From contig JANOAV010000199.1 in assembly GCA_031411295.1 (NCBI GenBank), positions 1-46,334 of the forward strand: a DNA stretch of 46,334 nt. Direction: 5' to 3'. The DNA is from Verrucomicrobiales bacterium. Its GTDB lineage: Bacteria; Verrucomicrobiota; Verrucomicrobiia; Verrucomicrobiales; V1-33. Under the pieces are notes generated by a model. It did no database searches, was not told the DNA's origin, and saw nothing but the letters and a program-made list of their open reading frames with translations. Shown here piece after piece: positions 28,833-37,916 of the stretch (the first letter of the stretch is position 1; each line of letters opens with the position of its first letter). Position numbers and translations under genes: made by a program.

Positions 28833-29837
28833 CTACATTTTGCTGAAGCAGATGCTGGAGCAGGGCAGATCCCAAAGCGCCTTGAGTTCAGCATCCAACT
28901 TAGTCAGACTGATGGACATGCCGGCCATTTCTTGGCAGGTTACGTATGGCCCCACCAGCGTGTCATGCACCTTGATGCCGCGCTCGTTGAGGATGGCCTT
29001 CACCTTGCGGAGCACGATGAGCAATTCCATCATGGTGGTGGACCCCAAGCTGTTGATCAGCAAGACCACTTCGTCGCCAGGATTGAACACCAGATCATCC
29101 GCGAAAATAATGTCGAGCAGTTTCGGGGCCAGATCATCCGCCGTCTGATGGGGAATCAGGGCCACGCCCTTCTCGCCATGGATGCCCATTCCAAGTCCGA
29201 TCACATCGTCCGCCAGCTCAAAGGTTGGTTTCCCGGTGGCAGGAATGGAACCGGGCGCAGAGGACACACCCACGCTGCGGGTGTTATCTCGCGCTTTGAT
29301 GGTGATGCGTTCCAATTCGTCCAGCGTGGTGACTTGGGCGGCAGCGGCCCCGGCCAGCTTTACGATGGGAACCAGACCAGCGATCCCACGCCGCTCGGAT
29401 TTGCGTTCCGGCGGAGCGCTGGGAACATCATCATAAATGAGCACCGTCTTCACGGTAATGCCCATGTCGGCAGCGATCTCAGCCCCCATGTCAAAATTCA
29501 AGACGTCTCCCGCATAGTTGCCGTAGAGATACAACACGCCATTCCCTTGATCAACCGCCTGAGTGGCCTCCAGCACGATGTCCGGGGGTGGAGCCGCAAA
29601 GATATCCCCACAGGCGGCTCCATCCGCCAAGTTCTGGCCCACGAGACCGTGGTAGATCGGCTCATGGCCGGAACCACCGCCCACCAAGAGGGCCACCTTG
29701 CCGGGTTTGAGGTTATTCATCACAATACTACCGCGGCCGACGAGGCGGGCTTCTCCATCGTAAGCCTCCACCAAACCCTCAAGGAGTTCAGAAGCACAGG
29801 CGTTAGGGTCGTTGATGATCTTTTTGAGCAGGGGCAT
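28833..29837 (-). CDS. dhaK: Dihydroxyacetone kinase substrate-binding subunit
   Basis: GGGSGHEP, GNYAGDVLNF, ERRGIAG, GMGIHGEKG, LINSLGST. Confidence 0.92.
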   Translation of the reverse strand: MPLLKKIINDPNACASELLEGLVEAYDGEARLVGRGSIVMNNLKPGKVALLVGGGSGHEPIYHGLVGQNLADGAACGDIFAAPPPDIVLEATQAVDQGNGVLYLYGNYAGDVLNFDMGAEIAADMGITVKTVLIYDDVPSAPPERKSERRGIAGLVPIVKLAGAAAAQVTTLDELERITIKARDNTRSVGVSSAPGSIPATGKPTFELADDVIGLGMGIHGEKGVALIPHQTADDLAPKLLDIIFADDLVFNPGDEVVLLINSLGSTTMMELLIVLRKVKAILNERGIKVHDTLVGPYVTCQEMAGMSISLTKLDAELKALWDLPCSSICFSKM

Positions 29838-30030
29838 GGGGATGAATTTTGTGAAAGTTAAGATGAAAACCTAATCCGGTTCGACCGGGCTTATTGAGTG
29901 CTGGTTTCCTGCCAATTGTCAACTCTCCCGCACAGGAATCACTCTGTTGATTTGGACATTTTTCCGAATTGCAAAAATAACAATTTTCATATATAATAGA
30001 ATTACCCTCAAATTCTACCCAACCCACCGC

Positions 30031-30336
30031 GTGAATCAACGCTACCTCTACCTCGATGCTTCAGGCAAGCTGCAAGGTCCACTCTGGCTTTCCCAGATGC
30101 GTGACCTCTACTCCGTTGGCCGGGTCTCGTCCCGCACTGAAATCTGTGTGCAGGGAGAAAATGAATGGGCCATTGTTGGTAATTTCCCAGAAATTACCAA
30201 CACCATGAGAGAAATCGCCCGGCAGCATGAAAACGGGCCAGACCCCATGCGGGCCGCTTATGAGCGGAGATTGTGGCGTTGGTTGATTGCGCTCCTTCTG
30301 AGTTATGCTGGATACGTCTGGTGGAACTGGAAATAA
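30031..30336 (+). CDS. GYF_2 (DUF4339)-like domain membrane protein
   Basis: YLYLDASGKLQGP..L...G....T....G..EW.....FPE pattern plus a C-terminal TM helix. GTG start assumed. Confidence 0.7.
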   Translation: MNQRYLYLDASGKLQGPLWLSQMRDLYSVGRVSSRTEICVQGENEWAIVGNFPEITNTMREIARQHENGPDPMRAAYERRLWRWLIALLLSYAGYVWWNWK

Positions 30337-30372
30337 TTAATCTGCTAGTGCAGCCCTTCAACGGAAGACTCT

Positions 30373-31425
30373 TCAGCGAAACTTCAGGATCGCCATGGTT
30401 CCGCCACAGTGCGGGGCACTGAGGCGAGTGGTCATCTCTTGATCCGGCAGCAGCCATGTTTCCACCCCAGCGGGGGCACGCGGGCGGCGGATCCAGCGGG
30501 AGCGGACGAACCATAATCCCAGCACGAGCATTCCTGCTATGCCCACCACGACAACGCTCTGCAACCATGGCACGAGAGGCTCGGGAGCCAGCGGGACGGG
30601 AGCGGATGGAGTCGGCTTGGGTTCCTCGTGCAGGCGGTTCATGCGGACCGCCAATTTGATGCCATAACGGGACAACTGATCTTCCTCTCTCGTGGCGAAC
30701 ATGGCTTCCTTAACACTGGCTTCGCGCACGGCATTAAGCTGTTCCAGAGTATAGGCTAACTGCAAAGCGGGAGAGAAAACACATGCCGCCGCCTTGGGCT
30801 GGCCAAACGGATAGACGACCACGATTCCTTGTTCGTGAGCAAACCAGCGTTCCGTGAGCGCCTGAAGTTTGGCGGTTGGCGGGACCTCCTGATTCGGCCC
30901 AAGCACGAGCAAACGCACTTTCACACCGGCCTGCCGCAGGGCGTATTCATCGAAGAAACGACACAAGTCTTCCTGCTGCACCTCGTTCAGCAAACTTTGC
31001 GGATCCACCACTCCTTCCGGCGGCACTTTTCCGAAATAAATTTCCTGAAGCACTGGTGGAATCGGTTCCTTGGCATCTCCCGTAACCATGATGGGGAGGT
31101 TGCCTAAGGCGAGCCTGGACTCGGTCTGCGGCAGTCGATGCGGCACCGGCATCAACGGCCACAACTGGGCTGGCCACAGCCCTCCACCAAGGTTGAGCGG
31201 GGCGTCGTTCTCGTCGAACTCGCGGAGGTCGTCGGGTTTCCACTCTGGTAGCTCCAAGGAAGCGTCCCGGGGCAGCGTGGAAGGCATTACGGGGCCCATT
31301 TCCTCAATTACGACATCGTCGAATTCCGCTGGCATCGTGGTATTATCCGCCATGGTCCACAGCATGCTCCCCCAGCAAAAACTTGCCAGGAGCCAGCGTA
31401 GCGTTGCGCGAAGGTTTGGGTTCAC
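30373..31425 (-). CDS. Hypothetical exported protein with a TPM-like region and C-terminal TM helix
   Basis: VVDPQSLLNE motif, C-terminal TM helix, overlaps the upstream gene by 4 nt. Confidence 0.7.
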   Translation of the reverse strand: MNPNLRATLRWLLASFCWGSMLWTMADNTTMPAEFDDVVIEEMGPVMPSTLPRDASLELPEWKPDDLREFDENDAPLNLGGGLWPAQLWPLMPVPHRLPQTESRLALGNLPIMVTGDAKEPIPPVLQEIYFGKVPPEGVVDPQSLLNEVQQEDLCRFFDEYALRQAGVKVRLLVLGPNQEVPPTAKLQALTERWFAHEQGIVVVYPFGQPKAAACVFSPALQLAYTLEQLNAVREASVKEAMFATREEDQLSRYGIKLAVRMNRLHEEPKPTPSAPVPLAPEPLVPWLQSVVVVGIAGMLVLGLWFVRSRWIRRPRAPAGVETWLLPDQEMTTRLSAPHCGGTMAILKFR

Positions 31426-32159
31426 TTGCCGCGTCGTTTAAATTTTAACCGCATCGTCATTCGACTATTGGCCGCAGGATCGGGCTCCGTGGGCCCGTCC
31501 TCAGCGGGTGCAACTTGCGCCACGTTAGGCTCCTCAGCCGATCCTTGATTCATGTCATGCAGCCGATGAAATTCTGGCTTGGCGGGAACTGTGGTGGTGG
31601 GGGGACGGAACCGGGCCGGATGTTTCAGCGCGAGCTTGGACTTCTTTTTAAGCGCCTTGCTAAACTCCGCGATAACTTCCCGCACCCCTGCGGCCATCCT
31701 CCCTGCGGACCAATCTTTCCGGGCCGCTTCGAGGATCTCCGCCAACTCCGGTTCAGGAAAATAGCATTCCAACAAATACCCCACCACTAAACCCGCCTGC
31801 CCGCTGGTTTCATCGATGACCAGGAGCGCCCCGTTCTCGTTGGGTCGCGTAATTTCCACTCCATTGATCCCCGCCCGATTCAGCAGCCAGAAGCCGAATT
31901 GGCGCACACTGGCCATCACTGGCAACGCCACGCTATAAACCGCCACAAAGAGTTGCGGGAATTCGCGCTCGAAGGCATCCAACGCCTGCTCCAAGCTGGC
32001 CACTTCCTCCTCGTTCAGTTGCCCCGCCTTGTTGGTAACCCGCTCCAGGCTTACGGCATCACCACCGAACTGCGCGTCCTGATCAAACAACGAAAAACCA
32101 CACTCGCCACACGTAAGGGCGGTATAGGGGATTTCGCGAACGCAGCGGGGGCAGTTCAT
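31422..32159 (-). CDS. Zn-ribbon plus TPM-domain protein
   Basis: MNCPRC...CGECGF, FEREFPQ, GALLVID, VGYLLE. Start trimmed to MNCP. Confidence 0.8.
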   Translation of the reverse strand: MNCPRCVREIPYTALTCGECGFSLFDQDAQFGGDAVSLERVTNKAGQLNEEEVASLEQALDAFEREFPQLFVAVYSVALPVMASVRQFGFWLLNRAGINGVEITRPNENGALLVIDETSGQAGLVVGYLLECYFPEPELAEILEAARKDWSAGRMAAGVREVIAEFSKALKKKSKLALKHPARFRPPTTTVPAKPEFHRLHDMNQGSAEEPNVAQVAPAEDGPTEPDPAANSRMTMRLKFKRRGK

Positions 32160-32169
32160 GGGTTTGAAT

Positions 32170-32604
32170 TTAATCGGGTTTCTCGGTGGTGCTAGCAGAA
32201 GATGTTCCTTTTTCGATCTCTGGTGCAAGCACTTTTTTCTCACCCGGCTCGCTGAACCAAAGTTTGAGTCCCATTGCGATGGCAAAGACTGCGAAGAGTT
32301 TCGTCAGGGTGGTGTCACTGATGGATTTGAGTTTGGAGGTGAAGAAGACAGCCGTAAGCACCGCTCCCAACGCCGTCCAGAGGAGGACTTGTTTATCGAT
32401 GAGTCCGTTGCGCCAGTTCATGATCGAAGAACTCAGAGCAGTCGGCACAATGATGGCAAGCGACGTGGCCACGGCCACTTTCTGCGGCATGTTCAACAAC
32501 GTGACAAACGCGGGCACCATCAACAATCCGCCCCCCACCCCACACAAGGCAGCGATGGCCCCGCTCGCGAGGCCGATGGTAAATGCAATCAAGGCAATCT
32601 TCAT
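32170..32604 (-). CDS. Half-size TauE/SafE (TSUP) family transporter
   Basis: GVGGGLLMVP, AVATSLA and about 4 TM helices. Start trimmed to MKIAL. Confidence 0.85.
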   Translation of the reverse strand: MKIALIAFTIGLASGAIAALCGVGGGLLMVPAFVTLLNMPQKVAVATSLAIIVPTALSSSIMNWRNGLIDKQVLLWTALGAVLTAVFFTSKLKSISDTTLTKLFAVFAIAMGLKLWFSEPGEKKVLAPEIEKGTSSASTTEKPD

Positions 32605-32799
32605 AGAGGTGGACTTAAGCCTTGCCGCAGGACGTTGCCAAGCTCTAAAAAATCCCCGGAGCTTTTCCCGCCTCACCGAATCCAAATTCAACAACGCATT
32701 GTGGACCATTGCTAGGCGCAGGTCAAAGCTTTCGCCATGCTCTGTCAGCAACCTTAGTCGCTGCGTGAGTCGGCCAGGTTTCCTGCTTGTTCATTTAAA

Positions 32800-33594
32800 T
32801 TACCGATGCAGTCCATGCCGGCCAATATCGCTCTCCGCACTAAACTTTCGCGCGAAGAAGCACGGGCTGTTCCGGAGTATTTCAGCCGTGGCCGCGCTGA
32901 CTTCAGCATAAGTCTTTGGACTGCTAGGGAAAGGCTGTTGCGGAGTGGCCTCCCAATTTGTCCATGTAGGATCTGCCGCCACCGCGCGTTCCTCCCACGG
33001 ATAACCGCGCAAGGCCAGCACCGTGCCAGGCCAGGATTCATCTGCCGCCGAGACTCCTGCGAATAAATCCAGCATCGGTTGCTCTACAACCGCTTCCGCT
33101 GCCTCCCGATTCAGAATCCACCACTGGGTGTGGAAACGAATTTTAGCTCTCGGCAACAAGGGCACATGGTGGAACCGAGTCGCTTTATGCGGGATGCTCA
33201 ATCTAAGATCATCGTATGTCTGCATTGCTAACCTAGAACGCCCGTCCTCATCAAGACATTGCAAAAGTGATCGCAATGGCTTGATGGGAACACAGCTTTC
33301 ACTCGCCAAGACAAAGAAGCTGTTTGTCTTTAACTTCAGGGCGGCTTTAAGCAGGGCAAGCTCGGCAGCGATGATGGATGGCGTGCCATACTCGGTGGCC
33401 ACTCGGCTGGAAATAACTGCCTTTTTCAACCACGGAGACATTACCTCGTCCGGGAATTTCGGATGTAAATAAAAACGCACTCTGTTTGAGCATTCATGTG
33501 CCCACTCTTCCCACAGTCGTGGCTGGTTGAGATCGCCACGCACCAGGTATAGCACCGCAATGGTGCCGCGCTTGGAAACCGTAACACCGCTCAT
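32800..33594 (-). CDS. Core-2/I-branching (GT14/DUF266-like) glycosyltransferase
   Basis: IAVLYL, FYLHP, AELALLKAAL, FVLASESCVPI, QWWILNR, ADE, FFARKF. Confidence 0.85.
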   Translation of the reverse strand: MSGVTVSKRGTIAVLYLVRGDLNQPRLWEEWAHECSNRVRFYLHPKFPDEVMSPWLKKAVISSRVATEYGTPSIIAAELALLKAALKLKTNSFFVLASESCVPIKPLRSLLQCLDEDGRSRLAMQTYDDLRLSIPHKATRFHHVPLLPRAKIRFHTQWWILNREAAEAVVEQPMLDLFAGVSAADESWPGTVLALRGYPWEERAVAADPTWTNWEATPQQPFPSSPKTYAEVSAATAEILRNSPCFFARKFSAESDIGRHGLHR

Positions 33595-34175
33595 TTCAGT
33601 TTTTCAATTTCCGCTGGCAAATCCTCCGCTGGTGACCAGAACGCTTTTCTTTTCGGATCCCAAATCCGTGCATGGGGGAACTTTATCGCCCCAGCATAAG
33701 CCTCGCAAGCCTCAGTCTTTTTGTTCAGGGCAGTCAGAGCCAGCCCTTTGATGTAATAGCAAACCGCAACGTCATTGAGAATCCCGTTCCGGTTGATCTG
33801 TTTGCGCTCGTCTGGAGTTACCACGCCTGCTGGCATCGGAAGGTTTTCTTTGGTCAGGCGGTCCTCGACTAGCGCAGCCCGATCCCCAAAGTCCACGATG
33901 CACTTTTGCGCAGCAGAGACCGCTCCGGCGTAGTTTTTGGCTCCCAAGGCATTCCACGCCAGTTCCGTTTGCACCTGATTCCCGGGTCTTCCGTTGGGAG
34001 CTGGCTGGGGTTCGGGCGCTGTGGATTTAGGCACACTTTCCACGGGCGGTAGGCTCTTCGACTTTTTGGGGGCTTCCGCAGCAGTATCCGTTGAGGTCGT
34101 TTGCGATTTTTCGCCACAACTCGCAAGCAGGGAAAAAATTAAGATGAGGGAGGCGTAGAGAGGCCGGAGGTTCAT
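33591..34175 (-). CDS. Lipoprotein with TPR-like helices
   Basis: Lipobox LLASC; AWNAL...A...C and NDVAVCYYIKG helical repeats. Confidence 0.75.
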   Translation of the reverse strand: MNLRPLYASLILIFSLLASCGEKSQTTSTDTAAEAPKKSKSLPPVESVPKSTAPEPQPAPNGRPGNQVQTELAWNALGAKNYAGAVSAAQKCIVDFGDRAALVEDRLTKENLPMPAGVVTPDERKQINRNGILNDVAVCYYIKGLALTALNKKTEACEAYAGAIKFPHARIWDPKRKAFWSPAEDLPAEIEKLK

Positions 34176-34191
34176 GGCATGAAGGTATAAT

Positions 34192-34809
34192 TTATTTAGT
34201 AACGGGGGAGTCTGGCTGGTCGAAAATCCTCAATGTTTTCCCGTCCCAACCCAAGGCCGTGTCATGAGCAGTCCATTGCTCAAACCAATGCCTTGCTTCG
34301 TCCGAGATGTGACTTTTCTTTTCGGTCTTATGAACGACTGGCAGCGGTGGAAATTCCTGCCCCAAGATCCTGCTCAGCAGCCCAGGAAGCCGATCGAGCT
34401 GATCCAGCGGCAGAATGTCTGAGTATGCCTCCAAGTTACTCCCAAGCCAAGAGCTTTGGGGACGGCAATGATGCGCAATGCTGGCAGAGACCGCACAATA
34501 CTCCGGCAAATGACGCGCAAAGTGATCCAATCCGTTGTCCACTGCTTCCCGCTCTCCTCGAATCCGGTGGTCATACACAGACCTCATCCGGGAAACACCA
34601 TCCCGATGAATCGCGATAACGGCCTCAACCGAATCAGGTAGCAGGGCGGCAGGTCCAAGGGTGAATCGATCGAACTCATGAAAAATATCAGGAGTCGTTC
34701 GTTCAAGGCCAGACATTTCCCAGAGCCAGAACCTGATGGATGCGCAGGCAACCTTGGCAGAGGTGCTGATCGCGAAGCGCTGGTGGATGGGTTCCAAGAT
34801 AAAATACAT
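34192..34809 (-). CDS. Sulfotransferase family 2-like protein
   Basis: AKVACASIR (5'-PSB-like), HRDGVSRMRSVY (3'-PB-like), HHCRPQS. Start trimmed to MYFILE. Confidence 0.6.
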   Translation of the reverse strand: MYFILEPIHQRFAISTSAKVACASIRFWLWEMSGLERTTPDIFHEFDRFTLGPAALLPDSVEAVIAIHRDGVSRMRSVYDHRIRGEREAVDNGLDHFARHLPEYCAVSASIAHHCRPQSSWLGSNLEAYSDILPLDQLDRLPGLLSRILGQEFPPLPVVHKTEKKSHISDEARHWFEQWTAHDTALGWDGKTLRIFDQPDSPVTK

Positions 34810-34891
34810 CAACAAGCTAACGGTAATATTTATGCAGAAGAAGGAGCCGCGTTTGTTTTGTTGCGCCTGCGGAGGTATCCTACAAAAGGCC

Positions 34892-36115
34892 TCATCGCGA
34901 TTTGCGACTGAGCAATCCATCAAGATTCGATTTTATCTGTTTCACTAATGGCATAAATTCAGAAGGCGAGCGATCTAACTGAAACGCATTTAACACTTCG
35001 GGGTGTTTCGACGCAAAATTATCGAGAGCAGTTTGGCGTCCATTAGCTATTAGATCAGCCTCGAACTCACTAAATAAGGCATCTGGCATTTGGTAAATGA
35101 TTTCAGGCAATGAGTCATAGAGTGCCATCTTCTCTGAATTGATTATGAAATCTTCAACTGCAGTTTTTAGGTTATTCACGCTTTCTCTCGCGGTTTGATT
35201 CGCTCCGTCCGCAGAATTAAGAAGTAAGTTTGATACGCTCTCGGCTGCTGATAAAAAATTTGAAGCGCTTCCGGTCGTCATTTCTGGGTCATACAAGTAA
35301 AAATCATTCAAGCTATTCAAGGTTTGCAAAAGGAGTGCAGAAGGAGTGTTAGCGTTGATGGTGCCATTTTGGATACTATTTCTTACAGCCAAAGCAGCCC
35401 CTTCAGCTATCGGACCTCCTGTTTTGGCAAGAAACGCTTCAAGCGTTTTTGGGTCCAAGGCCACTTGGTCGGCGTATTGTTTGGCGCTTGCATATCTCAG
35501 TTTCTCATCAAACTGCATAGTCTTTCCTTGAACAGAGGTAAAAGCTAAAGAAGCAGAACCAACGTCTCCTTTGGCCAGACTTAATAGCCCCAACAATCCG
35601 CCCGGCACTGAATTGGTTGCCGATTTTTTATTCCACAGTTCAACCATTGCCAAATAGGACGCTGAATCAAATTTAAGATTATCCTGAGCGAGGACTTCGG
35701 CGATCGCGGCTTCGGTCAGTCTGTTTTGCAAGGCTGCGTTACCAGCGATATCATCAATTTTGAAACTGCCGCACGCAGCCAACACTGAGAGTAATCCATC
35801 ATCTACGCCTGCTTGGAGGTGTAAGTCGTCTACTAATGTGTCGAATGATTTGGAGCGGCGATAAGCCATTAGAAATTCCAAATCGATCCTGTCACGTAGT
35901 AATTCTCGGGGCGATATGTAATGTTTTCCAGCATCGGCAGAACCAGGACTTAGATTGTTTGACGGGCGAAAAACGATTCCACTTATCAGCTTCCTAGCGG
36001 AGGCCTGGTGAGTCGAACTACCTACACGCCCTGTAGAGAGCAGATAAAGAAGAAAGCATACACTAAGTAATGCTAAGGCAAGGAACTTCAGGCTTCTGCG
36101 TAAAGTTGGGCTCAC
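34892..36115 (-). CDS. Hypothetical membrane-anchored helical protein in an AT-rich islet
   Basis: 407-aa ORF with N-terminal TM helix and AT-rich sequence. Starts 6 nt after the upstream stop. Confidence 0.75.
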   Translation of the reverse strand: MSPTLRRSLKFLALALLSVCFLLYLLSTGRVGSSTHQASARKLISGIVFRPSNNLSPGSADAGKHYISPRELLRDRIDLEFLMAYRRSKSFDTLVDDLHLQAGVDDGLLSVLAACGSFKIDDIAGNAALQNRLTEAAIAEVLAQDNLKFDSASYLAMVELWNKKSATNSVPGGLLGLLSLAKGDVGSASLAFTSVQGKTMQFDEKLRYASAKQYADQVALDPKTLEAFLAKTGGPIAEGAALAVRNSIQNGTINANTPSALLLQTLNSLNDFYLYDPEMTTGSASNFLSAAESVSNLLLNSADGANQTARESVNNLKTAVEDFIINSEKMALYDSLPEIIYQMPDALFSEFEADLIANGRQTALDNFASKHPEVLNAFQLDRSPSEFMPLVKQIKSNLDGLLSRKSR

Positions 36116-36121
36116 AGAAAT

Positions 36122-36376
36122 TTAAACGGTGTGATAACATGCATGAGTGACCCTATTCGTGGAGATGCCTAGAGTAGTGCAATCATAGGTGCAAGTGGAA
36201 CCAAGTCCTGCGATTGTAGAAGATACGTAGCTACAGGCGGTCACGAACCTTCCATCGCACGAGCAACTAAATACATAAGAAGTCGTTGCGGTAGCACCTG
36301 CATTATTTTGTAAACCAACTAGCAGACCAGCAGTGACAGCAACGGACGTTTTTCTTATAAATGAGCGACGATTCAT
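36122..36376 (-). CDS. Tat-signal small Cys/Ser/Thr-rich peptide
   Basis: MNRRSFIRK Tat motif, probable AxA cleavage site, and 6 Cys in a mature part of about 55 aa. Confidence 0.75.
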   Translation of the reverse strand: MNRRSFIRKTSVAVTAGLLVGLQNNAGATATTSYVFSCSCDGRFVTACSYVSSTIAGLGSTCTYDCTTLGISTNRVTHACYHTV

Positions 36377-36416
36377 GATTTTTGATTTTGGTTAAGGACT
36401 TTAAAATCAGTGCGGC

Positions 36417-37805
36417 ATGACTCTTGCAGAGAGAGAGAGAGTATGCAACATATTTCTGATGAAAAAATTAAGTCAGGAAAAATTGCCCACACACGCTTTG
36501 CCCACCAGTCTAACTGGAGGGAAATTCATGCTGATCGGAGGCTTTCTGGGGGCTGGAAAGACGACTTGTCTGGGAGCGTTAGTGGCGCATTTTCAGGGGC
36601 TAGGGAAGCGAGTGGGGGTGATTACGAACGACCAGGGGGTGGGGCTCGTTGATACTCAGAGAGTTCAAGCTGGAAGTTCAAGTTCATGGGATAACGATGC
36701 TCATCACGGTCAGGTTAGGGAAATTACTGGTGGGTGTTTTTGTTGTAAGGCGGGGGAACTGGTTTCGGCTTTGCAGGAGATGGCTGCGACGGAGGCACCG
36801 GAGATCTTTCTAGCCGAACCGGTTGGGAGTTGCACAGACTTGATGGCAACGGTGATTCTGCCGCTGCGTCAAGTGTATCGACTGCCGTTAGTGATGGCTC
36901 CGATGTCTGTGGTGGTGGATGCTCGGCGGCTGCATGATTTGTATTTTGCCAAGCCCGGGAAGGCCGATGGCTTCAGCCGGGATGTGCGGTATATCTTCAT
37001 GAAGCAACTGGAGGAAGCGGAAATCCTGGTGCTGAATAAGTGGGACTTACTCAATGAAAAGGAACGTGCTAAGCTAACGGAGAAGCTGGGGAAGGATTGG
37101 CCCGAGAAAACGGTGATTCCTATCAGTGCACGGAAGGGTGAAGGGATGGAACGGTGGTATGAACTGTTGGAGGCCACTTCTGCCCAGCCGCAGGAGATCA
37201 TGGAGGTGGACTATGAACGCTACGGTGTTGGTGAAGCGCTGCTGGGGTGGTATAATGCGGAATTGGTTTTGGATGGAGTGAAGATGATTGATGGCAATGC
37301 GCTGCTGATGAAACTGGTGGGTGCGGTGCAGACGCGCCTGGAGGCGGCGGGGGTGGAGATTGCGCATTTCAAGGTGAGCTTTGAGCGTGGCGGGGGCATT
37401 TTGCCCCCCAGCCAGCACCCCGCAACCAACCCACATGGCCCTGAAACCATCGCGAAAGCGCACGAAGCCGAAGAAGGTGGCGCGCCCCTTGCCGCTTCTG
37501 CCGCAGCACGTTCCAAGGCTTGGGGGCAGAATGCCCCCGCCACGCTAGCTGTGCTGCACGTGGTGCGGGCGGGAGAGAAGCCGGAGTTTTCCACACGGTT
37601 AGCGCAAAAGCTCGCTAACGGCAAAGTGCTAATAAATCTGCGAGCGGAGGGTGATCCTGAGTTGCTGGCTAAGATCATGGCTGAGGAGATAGCAAACTTT
37701 CCACTGGCTTGGAAGGAAAAGGCTGCCTTCCGTCCCGGCCAGCCTGTGCCGGTGCATCGTGTCACGAAGTTGGAGCAACCTTCGCAAAGTAGTCATGGGC
37801 TTTAG
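36417..37805 (+). CDS. CobW/G3E-family P-loop GTPase (metallochaperone-like) containing an in-frame palindromic insertion
   Basis: GGFLGAGKTT, ITNDQG, GGCFCC, AEPVGSC, NKWD. Start may be 36459 or 36528. Confidence 0.88.
   Translation: MTLAERERVCNIFLMKKLSQEKLPTHALPTSLTGGKFMLIGGFLGAGKTTCLGALVAHFQGLGKRVGVITNDQGVGLVDTQRVQAGSSSSWDNDAHHGQVREITGGCFCCKAGELVSALQEMAATEAPEIFLAEPVGSCTDLMATVILPLRQVYRLPLVMAPMSVVVDARRLHDLYFAKPGKADGFSRDVRYIFMKQLEEAEILVLNKWDLLNEKERAKLTEKLGKDWPEKTVIPISARKGEGMERWYELLEATSAQPQEIMEVDYERYGVGEALLGWYNAELVLDGVKMIDGNALLMKLVGAVQTRLEAAGVEIAHFKVSFERGGGILPPSQHPATNPHGPETIAKAHEAEEGGAPLAASAAARSKAWGQNAPATLAVLHVVRAGEKPEFSTRLAQKLANGKVLINLRAEGDPELLAKIMAEEIANFPLAWKEKAAFRPGQPVPVHRVTKLEQPSQSSHGL
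37384..37546. repeat. REP-doublet-like element inside a CDS
   Basis: 30-bp terminal inverted repeats with 2 mismatches: AGCGTGGCGGGGGCATTTTGCCCCCCAGCC / GGCTTGGGGGCAGAATGCCCCCGCCACGCT. Confidence 0.8.
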
Positions 37806-37840
37806 CTTGTGGGTTTCCCGCTGAGCGCTCGGGCTGCGGA

Positions 37841-37864
37841 GTGCGGACTAAAGTCCGGCACTAC
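37841..37864. repeat. REP-like palindrome ending in CTAC (GTAG on the other strand)
   Basis: GTGCGGACTAAAGTCCGGCACTAC. Confidence 0.55.
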
Positions 37865-37916
37865 ATTTTTGGAACCAATTTCTTATTTAACCTATTCACC
37901 CACTATCTAAAACCTC

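Noticed and set aside
28794..29861. 355-aa plus-strand ORF
   Set aside because: Antisense shadow of dhaK, typical of high-GC coding DNA.
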